Assembly (NCBI GenBank): GCA_051294375.1
Contig: CM119267.1
Span: 19,442,709-19,506,708, forward strand
Origin: Paraspadella gotoi
Lineage: Eukaryota > Animalia > Chaetognatha
Direction of reading: 5' to 3'
DNA: 64,000 bases
Shown: in pieces, positions 38,876 to 52,737 of the stretch
How positions within the stretch are numbered: the first letter of the stretch is position 1
Layout of the letters: every line of letters begins with the position of its first letter
Translations under genes and position numbers: made by a program
Notes under the pieces: model-generated
The model's input: the letters and a program-made list of their open reading frames with translations, nothing else
Database searches by the model: none
What the model was told of the DNA's origin: nothing

Positions 38876-39868
38876 CCCTGCTCTTCTCTCTTCTCCCTTC
38901 TCCCTCCACCCTCCTCTTCTCTATCTGCTTTTCCTCCCTTGTTTTCTTTCGCCTTCAGCTCCCCCCCTTGTTACCTAATTTCCCCCCCAAACCTTTTCCC
39001 TTCCTTCCTTTCCCTTCCTCCCTTCCCTTCCCTTTCTTTCTCTAATTCCTACTCTTTCGCCCTTTTCTCTTTTCCCCTTCTCCTCCTCCCTTCCTCCTCC
39101 TCATCCTCCCCTCACCTCATCTCGACCTTGTCCCGACCTCATCAAAGAGAATTCAGGTTATGAAAGGAAAAGAGAAAAAGTCGAGGGACGAAAGGAGGAA
39201 AAAAGGAAAAAAAAAAAGAAGGAAAAGAAAAGAAAAGAATATTGGGAACAGCGTTTTTTGGCGTCGAACATGGACCAATTCCGACATGGCGCATGGTCTC
39301 TGACAAGGCGCGATCCAGTTTTTACTGTTTTCTGACATTAACTGACATTAACTGAATGATTCTTTCTAGTTCTTTTCATATTATTCCTATTCCATTTGAG
39401 ACTTACTAGTTGAGATAGTTTCTCAAATAAAATCTTCATCAAGATTTGAGCAAAGTAAAGGGTTCTGTCATCCAAATTTCACGCTTCCTGATATCCTTTC
39501 TGTCATCGCTCACTCTTTGTCCTCCCTGACCATTCATCGCGAAAGTCGGTAAATACTAAAATCGTCAATATTGATTGCGTAAATATTACGCACCTACTTG
39601 GCCCGTCCTCTCTCGGTGTTTTAAAATCGCGCGATATCTCGCCGAGTGACGCAACCGGCCAAAAAAACCAATAATTTGCGTTGTTGGCTATTGTTTGATT
39701 TGTTAAACGAAACTTTGTTTTCGTTTGATAGCTACCACGTAAGAGATATAAGCGAAAAAGCAAGGATATTTGATGCCTTCGATCGATGAATGCCGTACGT
39801 GTGTCAAAACAAACGCGTCTCCTAGCGACGGATTTGATAATTTTACTTGATAAAACCCCAAAAAAATA

Positions 39869-41850
39869 ATGGAATCTCCCGAGCCCGGTTCGATCCTCGT
39901 CAACTTGCGGCGCCGTTGGGAATCCTTCGCCGAAACGACGTCCACCCACGGCGTCTTCAACGTCTCTCGCGGCGCTTCCATCTTTTCCAAGATTTTCTGG
40001 GCGGCGTCGGTGGCAGCGCTCGCCTATCTTTCGGCCCACAACGTTGGAAAGACTGTAAGGAAGTATTTGGACGCGGAGACTGTGGTAAGGACGGAGGCCG
40101 AAGGCGAACGTCACATCGCTTTTCCCGCCGTCACCGTCTGCAATCTCAATCCGTTTCGGAAGAGTTGTTTGGAGGAAGATTCCAGAGGGTACTTTTAGTG
40201 ATGGTGGTAGAGATTTGAAAAAATGTGAAGGGTGGTTTTAAAAGAGTTTAAAATCTTGTTTAATCGCATTGATAATCAGTGCAATGAAAAATTTATCCCG
40301 CAGGCTTTTTTTTTTTTTGCAAAACGGTTAGATCCTAAATTTCATTATTTACTTACATAAAATCAATTATTTATCATCATCTTTTATTTAGGACATACTA
40401 ATGACAAACCATGGAACGTTCATTGAACGTAGATTTTAGAATCATCATTTAAATGAGATCGGAATAATATTTTTTATTTATGTTTATTTTTTTACTTTAT
40501 TCATTATAGGTATATATACGTATATATATATACATATTTTTTAACAAATACTAACCCCCCCTCCACCGCTTTCATCCACAGTTTCGAAGGAGGCTTTAGA
40601 ATAGAGGAAGCGATCTATGAACCGAATTTTAATCAAACTCACTTGATCAAAACCATGGAAATCGGCATGCTGCAACGTAACAGTTCACTGGACATTATGA
40701 CGAATCGCCTTTTTGACAAAATATGGATCCCTTTTTTCGCGGCGATAGCTCCCGAACTTGCGAAAAAATTAGGTCACCAAAGGAACGACTCGGTGCTCTT
40801 CTGCATTTTCAACAACCGGCGTTGTGAGGAAGGCACTTGGACTCAAAGCTTTTCGATGTCATACGGAAATTGCATGACCTTTAACGGAGATAAGACAAAC
40901 GTTTCAAAGTCAGGGAATATTGGCAGAAACTCTGGATTGTCGCTAATTCTCAATGCTCAGGTAAAGACGGAGAGGACGAAGTTACGAATGAAGCACTTTC
41001 CAAATCCTTGGTTTATTTCACAAACCCTCTATCACAAATCACAATACTACTTTTCTCAAGGTTGACGAGTATCTCAACCGAACTCTTGGTCAACGCGGCT
41101 TCGTCGTTCGCATCCACAATCAGAGCGAGACGCCCTTACCCGGCATCAAGGGCCTGACCTTGCCGTTGGGAGTCCAGACCGAGATCGGATTCAAAAAGAA
41201 ACGAATCGTGCGGCTGGGGAAGCGGAAGCGTGGGTTATTCACTTTTAACTTCAGCAACTGCCTCGCTAGGGAAGAAGACCGAGAACACGAGGACATTTTT
41301 CACGGACATTTTCATCCCTTTGAAACCTACAGTTCGATGGCGTGTCAGTTCGCTTGTTATCAGAGTGAAATGCTTGAAAGAGAAAACTGCACGCTTCCGT
41401 TGTATCCTCTGCCCAGTAATAAAAGAACGGACGGCATTATCGACGTGAATAAGTCCAGAGGTTGCCAAAGTATTTGGGAGCGGAGTGATAGTAGTGGCGT
41501 TCCCGAAGTGTTGGATCTGTGCAAGATTCGATGTCCCGATTTGTGTGACAAGACTGCTTACGACATAGAGAGCTCTATGAGCCCATGGCCGGAGGATCCT
41601 TGGCTCGAAGACATGCTCAACGATTGGTTGGAATCCCTCGCCGTCAAATCGCTGAATAATTTGGCCTTTTTGAATGTCTACCCTTTGGAAACTGTCGTCG
41701 AAACCATTTTCGAGGAGCCTGTGATCGCTGATGGATTTGAACTATTGTCGGGACTATGGGCTTAATGTTTGGGGGGGCATGTTGTCCTCAGCTGATAGAG
41801 CTTTTGCAATTTAGCCTCGGTTCTTGATATTTTGGTCAGAGGAACTGTGA
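39869..41850 (+). CDS. DEG/ENaC (degenerin/ASIC/ENaC family) ion channel subunit 1; exons 39869-40188, 40582-40960, 41061-~41850, TM2 region frameshifted in this assembly
   Basis: TSTHG motif, TM1, FPAVTVCNLNPFRKS, YGNCMTFNG, GLSLILNAQVDEY, GFVVRIHNQSE and a Cys-rich thumb. The TM2 sequence GTMGL-CLG-M..IELLQF is recognisable across indels after 41750. Confidence 0.88.
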
Positions 41851-42542
41851 GGGTTAGCTCAATCGATTTTCCTTCAAATGCAGAGAAACGGCCCCTGTAA
41901 AATGAAAATTACTTTTGATTTTAGATCAAAAGTCTTAGCGGCCGGAAATAGTAATTCGGTTGTATTTATTTTAATGCACGATAAAGTTAACTCGCTTGGA
42001 ATGTGACTAATATGGTCTATTCCATACTCTTTATTCCACACTCTCCTTGTTGAAAGATTCAACCTCGTTTAAACACATTTTTGCCTTGGTATTAATGCAA
42101 CTGATGTTTGTCTGGCCAATTTATGAACTGAGTAAAAATCAATAAAACCATTGTCTTTGCAACTTTGTATATTTTCCTGAATTATTAGGTATCAACGAGT
42201 TTTAATATTAGTTTATTGAGGCTAACCCATATTTTAAACAAAACACTTCTCAAAACGTGGTTCAATTAAAAATAAAATATGCCGATCATCTAAAATTATG
42301 CTCATCAATGAACTATGTAAATTTTGTTTATTTTAAAAGTGTATCCAATAACGCTTGAAAAAATATTTACCTCCATCAAACGATTTTTACGCATATTTGC
42401 TTTTTGTTGTATACCTCAGCGTATCTCAGTAACAAAAGAAACATCGAAAAAAAATGTTTCGATTTAGTAAACACGCGCTACGCTATCCCGTTTCGTTTGG
42501 CCGAGAGTCGATCGATCCTCGACCATTCCATTTCTGACAACC

Positions 42543-44275
42543 ATGACGCAACGACTCCCCGTCTTCGCCGCCCTCCGGCGTCGATTTTTCGAATTCGCGT
42601 CGTCCACGTCGACCCACGGCGTCGGAAATCTCGAAAACAGCCGTAGCGTGGTTGCCAAACTATCGTGGGCTGCGGCCCTGGCATTTTTCGGCTACCTAGC
42701 TTCCGACTATATCTCCAGGAGCGTTGAAAAGTTTTTGAACGCAGAAACGATGGCTAAAATAGTTTATCACACGGAAGATGGGTTCGTATTTCCCGCCGTT
42801 ACCATCTGCAATTTGAATCCGTTTCGAAAGAGTCGCCTCCTCAAAAATTTAGCTGGGTAATTTAGCTGAAGCATTTGTGTTCGAAAATCGGTGAAAACAT
42901 GTCTTTTTTTTTTCCAAATAGTGAAACAAATATCATTGTCGGGGATGAAATTCTCGAAAAGGAAAAAGTTAATTATAGTATGGTATTCAATTGGATGCAG
43001 CATACGTTGCTGTACAACAATTTGTCGACAGTTAGTCGACAAGTTCGATCATTTGAAAAAATTTTGATCAACGGTTTCTCAATACTGAGTTTTCGGGACG
43101 CAATGCAAGCTGGGCATCAAAAATGTGACACCATAATCGATTGCGTTTACAACAACCAACGATGTTCTATGGACAGTTTGGAGTTTGAGCTACTCCTTCG
43201 GTTTATAATGGAAACTGTTCGTCTTTAACGGAATCAAGGAATAGCTCCAATCAATCAGACAAATACAGGAAAGATGGTCTTGAAATTATTCTCAATGGAC
43301 AGGTACGTGTATAATTATATATCGTCTTATTTTCTAACGTTTATTTTTTCTGATTTCAATATTTTTTTTTTATCCGAACAGTTAGAGGAATACTTAAACA
43401 GCACTCGTTCACAGAGCGGTTTTATTGTTCGAATCCACAATCAGACGGAATCACCAATGATGGAGGTCAAGGGTCTGTCCATTCCTTTGGCGGCGAAAAC
43501 CGAAATCGGATTTAAAAAGAAAAGAGTTCAATTGTTGGGAAACAAATCAGTTCACATTCCTTTTACTGACAAAGTTATTTACACGTTCAACTTCAGCCGC
43601 TGCTTGAAAAATACGGACTGGAAGCCGAAAAATCCAACCGAGTCTCCGTCCTACTACTCTTCGATGGCCTGTCAATACGCATGCTATCAAAATTTAATAC
43701 ACGAGGAGCTCGGCTGTTATCTACCATCATATCCATTGCCAGATAATAGCGGTTTAAACGTCAGTCAACTCGATATGAAAAACTTTACAACCTGCATGAA
43801 ATCGTGGGATACCGATCGGAAATTGTGGGGAAATATCACGAAAACCTGCATAAATTCCTGCCTCGAACTCTGCGACACGACCTACTACGAGCTGCAGACC
43901 TCCAGCACTCCGTGGCCCGAGAACTCGTGGTACTGGGACATTTTAAGGAAGGACTTGAAAAATTTTAAAGAATATCCAGCCGATGAAGATTGGGAATGTC
44001 CGCGAGGGGAGGCGTCTTCCTTGGAGAGTCTCGACCACATCTCCGTCGACAACCTCGCGTTTCTCTCCGTCTACCTACTCGACGACCGAGTTGAGACCGT
44101 GGTAGAGGAACCCGTCATCCCAGACGGCTTTGCACTTTTCTCCTCCATCGGCGGGACGATGGGCCTTTGTCTCGGAATGTCCGTTTTTAGCGTCATGGAG
44201 ATTGTTGGGTTTTTAGTGGAGGTCGTTAAAGTACTCATGCGATGCGGTGGTCATAAAGTCGAGGGGGAAAAGTGA
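42543..44275 (+). CDS. DEG/ENaC ion channel subunit 2; exons 42543-42856, 42922-~43302 (indels near 43180-43270), 43382-44275
   Basis: TSTHG, FPAVTICNLNPFRKS, GHQKCDTIIDCVYN, GFIVRIHNQTE, YSSMACQYACYQ and an intact TM2 FSSIGGTMGLCLGMSVFSVMEIV. Confidence 0.9.
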
Positions 44276-45349
44276 TCGACCTCGATCTCTCTCTATTTTT
44301 CCGCTTAGATACAAACTCGTTCTGAAAAATTTATTCACAATCTAAAAAAAAAAATCACAATGAGGACAGATTAGTAACTCGCAAGTGGCGATTAGATAAT
44401 TATTCTAGATAGCATTCAGTAATGTATCTTCTTCCAGAAATTGTACTTTTAGTTTGTATTTCATTTAAAGTTAAAACGATCGTTGTTGCGTCCACAATCG
44501 CTCACTTTCTTTATAATTTTTGTTGCAATTTTTGTCTCGCAAATAACATATTTTATAGATGTAATAGAATCTATTAAATCTTAATGGTGTATAGTTTTTT
44601 GGGGGGGATTAATGTGGATATGAAGAGAACCCGAATTTCTTTCAAAAAATCGATGAGGATTTTATGTAGAATTTCCACTATGGTATAGTAAGGTGGACAG
44701 TTTTCTTCGGGTTAAAAATTGTTATGAAATTCTGATACAACCCAAATATATGAAGCTATATTTATAAAATTCATTGATATTTATAAAGCTTGCAGATTTA
44801 GGTAAAAGAAAACTTAATTTCAAATGTATACTAAATTACTATTCACTACCTAATTTTGGTCTTAATAAAAACAAACTTTTGTTGGAAAACTTTAGTAAGA
44901 AGAAAAAAAATATTTCACTGATCCTATGACAGGATCAGTGAAACATAGGCTATGTTTTCTCTTTTTATCTGTGGTGGTACTAAATCGGTATGAAAACAAA
45001 ACTGAGTTAACAATATGTAATCGAGTCTAGTTTAACTTAGTAGTTTTATTGACATAAATTCTCAGACTCTGTCTCAGACTCAGACTTTCCACTCAGTATT
45101 GAAAATAAACTACACTTTATAAAAAATAACTAAATTCAAAATTTCATTTATTATTATTATTATTATTTTTATTATTATTATTAAATAACTTAATTCAAAA
45201 TCATACGTTGAGAGAAAAGTCTCGAGTGGTGACTTATTATAAATCTCATTCGTCCTCCAAGTATCGAATTCACTTCCTCCCGCGACGATTCGAAGGACGA
45301 ATTCCGCCAGAACGATTCTTCGTCGTCAAAAAACGAAGCCGATCGTTCA

Positions 45350-48003
45350 ATGCGCGTCACGCGGCGTCGTTCGCCTCGAGGCGTCGATGCACGGCGTCGC
45401 CAACGTTTGGCGCAGCGAGCGGCTGCCTGCGAAACTGTTTTGGACGGGGGCGTTGGTCGGTTTTCGTCCATGGCTTTTACAGCAACGGTAGAATCGTGAG
45501 CACCTACTTGGAGGGAAAAACCGTGACAAAAATATCGGGTCGGCCGGACGGAATGGAATTTCCCGCGTCACGGTCTGCAACTTAATCCTTTTCGGAAGAG
45601 TTGGATGGAGGCCGAGTTGAGCGGGTGAGTCGTTTAAATTACTGTTGTTACCACTAACTAGTAGCTCTTTTTAGTAATAGGAACGAGATAATGGGTTGTA
45701 GTCGGGCATTGGCTAAGTCCACCCCGCCGATAAGCATGACTCTGTGGCTAATTGAGTAAAGCCATCATCCATCCATCCATCCATCCATCCACCAATGGTA
45801 TTGTTTCAATCTCCAGCCCGGTACCTACCCCTGCGTCCGTAAACCGCATTGGGGGCGTGGAAAAACCCTTATTCCTGGTTCCAAAGCCCAGGACCCATTC
45901 CCTGGCTGCTTAGAGGGGTTTAAGTAGTTGGGATAGTCGTCTTCACCCCACTTAGCGCCTTATCCACCTGGTGATCAGAGTTATTTTTATTTTAGAAATA
46001 TCAAGAGTTTTTAAAAACATAACCAAACTTTAAATTTTCACAAAAAAAAAAAAAACAATAAAAACAAATTTAATAACAGCTGGAAACGCTGTAGCCTAGA
46101 GTGACTTTATTTCTAGACGCCAAGACGGATATTATAATTTTAGATTAAAAAAGAGAATAAAATCATAATACAAGTTCATTAAAATTAAAATCTTGACCTT
46201 TAACACTCGTCAAAACATTCTCAAATATTTTTTTAAATACAAAATCCCCTTCGTCTTCAAAGCTACAACGGAACGCTTTACGACACGGAAGAATTTTACA
46301 ACGCGACGTCGGTCGACAAAAACCAATTCGTCAAATCGATGCTCAACAATTTTTTGCGCGCCAACGCGTCGCGCGGTGAGGACTACATTTACGCGCTGGA
46401 AAAAACCTGGGTCCCGCTTTTCGCAAACATCGACAGAGACTCGGCCAAGCGGGCCGGCCTCGCCGGAACGAAACGATCAAGCTTTGCTATTTCAGGGGAC
46501 GACCTTGTCCCGAAGCCGCCTGGAGCGAGGGATACTCGATCGACTCCGGAAACTGCTTCACGTTTAACGGGAATCCATCGAACGTGTTGAGACTGTCGAA
46601 CACCGGGAGGGGGTTTGGGTTGATCTTGTGCCTGGACGCGCAGGTGAGACCTGTTAGGGTTAAAGGGGCTAGTAGAAGAAAAGTTATTGAAAAATTTGTT
46701 CCGGGAGTTGGTTGTAAAATGTTCGGATTAGGATATTACAAATAAGAAGAAAAATCGGACATATTAGGATTATGATTCAATTATCAGAAGAACTCGTTTA
46801 AAAAAACCGATTTAGTTGTTGAAAATATAAATTAAAAAATGCACTTGTAAATCCCACTACGAATTACTTTATACTAAAACGGATATTAATTTTTTTTTTT
46901 AAATCTTTTTAATCCACGAGACTGGATTTGAATTGTAGCGACTCGACTTCCCCGATCGGTTAAATATTTTTTCCCTACGGAATCATTTTTCTCCACGCGA
47001 TAAACAAAAGGCAAAGAATAATGGAAAAGTCGCATTTTTTGTATCCCCCCCCCCCGGCGCAACGCCACCCCCTCCCCCCTTACAACCTCCCCACCCGGCA
47101 ATCTTTCATGTCGCACCAAGACGCGGTGTGTTTTTTACTTTCAGCAACACGAATACGCGAGCCACGCCTCCGGCCGGATCGGCTTCGTCGTCGTCGTCCA
47201 CAATCAGAGCGTCACTCCGCTGTCCGGCGTCCAAGGCCACACGGTGCCCGTTGGCGCCCTCACCGAGATCGCCTTCAAGAAGCGCCGGTTTTCGCTGATG
47301 GGCAGAGAAGAATGGCCGCTCCATACTTTCGTCTACAGCGATTGTCATCGGGACGCCGCGGAACGGCGCTATCCCGACGTCTTTCACGGGTCTTTCCACC
47401 CATTTCCGACCTACTCGTCAAGGGCCTGTCAACTGTCCTGCTACCAAGAACGGGCGATGGAGCTACAAAACTGCTGCATCCCTTACTACCCGGCTCCGCG
47501 GCGCTGCTCTGACTGGGCGCCGGTCGACTTTGAAATGCTACTACGCTGCGTAATTTTTTTGGGAGAGCGACGAGGAGTCCTTCGGGTCTCCGGTGATCGT
47601 CAGCGAATGCAAGAGAGCGTGTCCAGACATGTGCGACGTCACCGGCTACGATATGCGCGTCTCAGCGACCCCGTGGCCAATGGATCCGTCGACTGGCCAC
47701 GACCAAGAGGCCCACGGGCGTCACTGGTTTATCGACGACGGCGGCGAAGGACTTGACGTTAGAAGGCTGGCCAAGATGACGGTCTTCTCGTCGAGCGACA
47801 AAGTTGAGACGCTCGAGGAGCATCCGGTCATCTCCAGCGGACTGGAGTTATTCTCCATCATCGGTGGAACGCTGGGGTTGTGCCTCGGGATGTCCGTCTT
47901 TAGTCTGTTGGAGCTGATGCAGTTTTTGGTTTGCGTCGTCGGCGTTGGAATCGGAAAATTAAGATGGCCGACGAAGGTGGAAAAAGAAGAAGTTGAAAAT
48001 TGA
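45350..48003 (+). CDS. DEG/ENaC ion channel subunit 3; exons ~45350-45624, ~46263-46643, ~47145-48003, several frameshifts (start uncertain)
   Basis: ASMHGVAN, FP(A)VTVCNLNPFRKS, GNCFTFNG, LILCLDAQ, GFVVVVHNQS, YSSRACQLSCYQ and TM2 FSIIGGTLGLCLGMSVFSLLELMQF. Confidence 0.85.
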
Positions 48004-50990
48004 AGAAGTAAAAGAGTAAAAGGTGACAGATTGAGAAATACAGGGTTCTAATCCAAAGTAATAAGAGTCGTAATAACTTTGCAAACAAATGCATATATAT
48101 TTCCAGAAACGGAAATAAAATCTTGAAAAATTTTGTTCATTTGGCTTGGTTTTTTTTTTCCCCCAATTTTTTTCATTCTCGAACTACAATTGGCAAATTT
48201 CTCGTTGTTTTGATTCCTGCTTTTATACTTATAGTGCACCAAAAAGTGTAACAATGTAACAATTTATATGTATCTTAATATTAATCCAACGAATAACTTT
48301 TGTAATCCCTGATTATTTTCATTATTAATGCTTCAATTTTCACAAATACATATTTCTTCAATGCTTATACAGTTGGTTCACCACGCTTCCCCCCCCACCC
48401 GTTTCCCACAAGTAATTTACGTAAATGATATCAATGCGAATACATAATTATCTTTATTCCCCTTCCGTTCCAACTCCCGCTCCTTTGATTCCCTTCATTT
48501 TCCTTTCATTCCTTTTTATTTCCTTTTATTTTCCTTTCCTTTCACGTGTGACGACCTCCTTTTTCATTCGCCTCCGCTCACGCGTTCACTTTTCGTGCTC
48601 TTCACTCATTCCAAAGACGGAGGGCGCCGCGTCGTGAGTATTCCTCCGCCGCCGATGCTGCCGCGTACGTCGCAGCCGCCGCTGCTGCTTCGATCGGAGT
48701 AAAGTAGTTCGCGCTTCTCCTTTCTGTTTTTTTTTTTCTCCGAGCTTCGTCAACTTCCGCTTCTCTGCTTTCGAATCTGAGACGAGGTTTCACCCCGTCC
48801 TCCGCATTCCTTTCACTCCCGCCCCCACCGCCGCCTTCGTTATGTCGCTTTGCCACCCGTTCACACATCCCGTCCCCCCCAATCCTCCACACCCCTCGAT
48901 CCTCGACAATCCTCGTTCTCGTCTCTTCATTTCAAAGTCTCGAAGATTTAAAACTGTAAACAAAAGAGATGAAAGGAAAAAGTGAAATCCCGACGTCGAG
49001 GATTTTGACTGAGGGCTGACGATGACTGGTGACAGTCATGAGATGAGACTGAGATGAGGTCGGATAATGACGATGATGACAACGAAACGACGATGACAAA
49101 ATTTAGACGACCAATTGAGAGAAATGACAACGACGAGACGTGAAGATTAAAAGATTTGAGAGACGACGGAAAGCCGAAAACGACATGGATGAAATCCTGA
49201 TGACAATTGCAATGACAATGAGGATATTGATCGCGATAAATAAAAAATAATGAAAAAAAAATATTTTTTTTTAAACGTGTCAACTCGGAGAATCAAAATT
49301 CAATGATAAAATGAAAATAGGTAATTATTATGTAGTAATTAAAAACAAAAAAAAATATTTTTTTTCTGTCTAAATTAAATGGTCTATCATTAAATATTTT
49401 AAATACGATCGAGAAAAACCGTCGAATCGAATGACAAATACGAGAGGATGACGTCGAAGGCGCATGACATGAATAACGACGACTCTGAAAAGAAAACTAG
49501 GATCAAAGGGAAGAGCCGACGTTTTCTTTTTGAAGCAGCGACGCCCGACGGAGGAGGAAGGAACTGAGATCAAAGAGAGACAAAAGAACATCCCAGGCTT
49601 CCTTTCCATTTCCTCTTTTCGAAAAAAAAAAAAATAATGGAGAGGAAGGGGGAAGGGTTTTCAATCTATGTTTTTACATTTAATCTTGAGAAAGCTGGAG
49701 GTTTTTTTTAGAATAATAGGGGTTAATTTATCATTGAAATGAATAAATGAATAAAAAGATAACTGTATTAAAAGCCGTCTATTTTTTTTACAATCTTCTT
49801 TCTTCGTCCGTTCCGTCCTTCCTCGCTTCCTTCCCTTCCCTTTCCTTCCCTCCCCTTACCTTCCCTTCCTTTCCCTTCCTTCCCTTCCTTCCCTTCTTCC
49901 TTCCTTCCCTTTCCTTCCCTTTTCCTTCCCTCTTCCTTCTCCTTCCTTCGTTCCTTTCCTTTCGTTCCATCCTTCCTTCCTTCCTTCCTTTCCTTCCATC
50001 CTTCCTTCCTTCCTTCCTTCGTTTCCTTCCTTCGTTCCATCCTTCCTTCCTTCTCTTCTTTTCGCTTCAGTCCCTCTCTTTCTCTCTCTCTAGAGTCGCC
50101 AATCGCCATGTTTGTTTTTCTCGGTCCTTCCACGTCGAATGTTTTTCGTTTTTGTTCTGCTCGACCTGCGATTTGTTTGTTTTGATTTGTTTTGTTTTGC
50201 TTCTTCCGCCTCTGAAAAGAGGAGGTCAGAATCGACGGGATCTTTTACGGCGCCATGTTGTTGATCGAACCGATTTATTATTTCCCTTCAATTTGACTCC
50301 CTCTCTCACTTTCTCTCTCTCTTAAATTGTAGCCGGCGTTGGCGAGACAAAGCCCGATATTTTTGGTATTTAGTTGAAGACCGATCTGTATGCATAACTG
50401 CTTGGTCCCCCTTGCATCAGCCGGATGTTTCCCAAAAAACAATGGTGTTATCTTTCAAGTTTCATTTCAAATGATTTTACCAAAGAAAAGTACAATTCTA
50501 TCTGGAATACGTAACTAATGTACCAATGACACAGAGATAAGAGGAGCGATTAGTAAAGGTAAGTCCCTCTTGCCCATGAGTCTTGGGACAATATTTTTTG
50601 CCACCAAGTAACTTTAGAAAAAAAAATATTACCGCAATACGCAAATGAGAAAGTATCAAAATCTTTTTAAATCTAAATATATCGAATAGAAATGGTTACA
50701 TTACTAAGAAAATGTTAATTTGGGTCTGGGTGTTATTAGTGTAATGATGTTGTCGAATATTAGAGAGAATTATGTCATTTTCTTAAGTTAAAGATCCTCA
50801 GCCAGAAATACCAATGGCATCAAGTCACCTCTCCATTCTCTGGCGTCCTTGAAAAGATAGCAAAAACCCTATTAATAAATACCTTTTATATGTTGAATGC
50901 CATTAATAATTTCGCTTAACTAAATCCATATAACAATTTTGAACATGTTGTACCATCGAAACATCATTTTTATAATCATATGTACACAAA

Positions 50991-51237
50991 GACATGAAGC
51001 CAATTCTCCGATTGTTTCGCTGTTTTGGTGGCGTCATTAAAGAAATAACAAAGACTCAGTTTAAAAATATTTTTTAATGCAGATTTAAATATTAGACGTA
51101 TTAGACATGAAGCCGTATTAGAAATATTAGACATGAAGCCAATTCTCTGTTTCGCTGTTTTGGTGGCGTCATTAAAGAAATAACAAAGACTCAGTTTAAA
51201 AATATTTTTTAATGCAGATTTAAATATTCGACGTACG
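50991..51237. repeat. Tandem direct duplication of ~105-110 bp
   Basis: gacatgaagccaattctc...gatttaaatatt occurs at 50991 and again at 51130, with a partial third start in between. Confidence 0.9.
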
Positions 51238-51597
51238 CTTTTAGACAAAAAAAAGCATTAGTATATATACATGTATAAACATCGAAAACTCAATTTCGAT
51301 CTTGAATAAACTTTAATTAACTCGAAAATCGGATCGCAGAAAATAAATCTCTATATTCTTTTATCCATATGATCGGCCAAAGCGTTCATCCTTGGCAACT
51401 GTAGTTTATCCTACTGCCATAGCACGCTCTGTATTCTCTTTTGTACGCACCAAGTTCTTCTTCGCACGCACTGTGCCGTCGCACGCACTGCTTGCGATCG
51501 CACGCACGGTATTCGATCTGTCGGCGCGAAATTCGATTCCGAAGGTCGGAAGTGAAACAATGAAAGAGAAAAGAGGAACATGAATGAAGGATCAAGG

Positions 51598-51604
<7 letters not shown>

Positions 51605-51643
<39 letters not shown>

Positions 51644-51723
51644 TCGTCTCCTCATCCGGCCTCTCTGTCTCAGCTCTCTCTCTCTCTCTCTCACTCTCCT
51701 CTCCTCCCTTCCATCATCTCCTG

Positions 51724-51756
<33 letters not shown>

Positions 51757-51894
51757 GATCTCTCTCTCTCTCTCTCCTCTCCTCTCTTCTCCTCTCTCTC
51801 ATCTCTCTCTCTCAAGCAACTCCTCTCTCCTCTTCTCACTCTCTTCTCTCCTTCTCCTCTTTCTCTCTTCCTCTTCTCACTCTCTCTCTCTTTA

Positions 51895-51975
<81 letters not shown>

Positions 51976-51979
51976 TCTC

Positions 51980-52033
<54 letters not shown>

Positions 52034-52045
52034 CTCTCTCTCTCT
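51605..52045. repeat. Long interrupted (CT)n microsatellite
   Basis: Seen directly. Confidence 0.95.
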
Positions 52046-52528
52046 TCGTTTTCTATGGAATTTTTTATTAATATTTGTTCATCATAAACGAGTTATTCTA
52101 TTTCCTTTGGATTCTTTTTTTTTTTTATCTTTCTCCATACATCTTAGCTTGTTTGGTTTTTCTCTCATTTTTTTCTCTCCTCTTGTTTTGTTTGTTGTTT
52201 TGTGATTTTGTTTTCGAAATTTCGCTTTCATTGACGAGTCGACCCCTTTTACCTTTTTTCACAAAATTTTTTTTTGTATTTTTTTTAAATTTTATTTTCC
52301 ATCGATCTTACGTTTTTTAATTTGAAATTTGTTTACAATTTTTTCCCCTTTTTTGTCATTCGTTTCTTTCTTTCTTTCTTTCTTTCTTCTTCTCTTTCTT
52401 TCTTTCTTTCTTTCTTTTCTTCTTTTCTTTCTTTCCTTTATTTCTTTACATCCCTATTTTCCTTTTTGTCTTGGTTTCTTTCTCTCTTTCTTATCTTTCT
52501 TTCTTTCTTTCTTTCTTTCTCTTTCTTT

Positions 52529-52564
<36 letters not shown>

Positions 52565-52737
52565 TTCTTTCTTACATCCCTATTTCCTTTTTGTCTATTG
52601 GTTTCTTTCTCTCTTTCTTTCTTTCTTTCTCTCTCTCTTTCTTTTCTTTCTTTCTTTCTCTCTTTCTTTTTTTCTTTCTTCCTTCCTTCCTTCCTTCGTT
52701 TATTTCCATATTTCCTTATCCATTTCATTTTATAAGC

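Noticed and set aside
49017-49045. Hammerhead-like ctgacga + tgactg/cagtca stem
   Set aside because: Followed by tgaga rather than GAAA, and there is no stem I/III with an NUH site.
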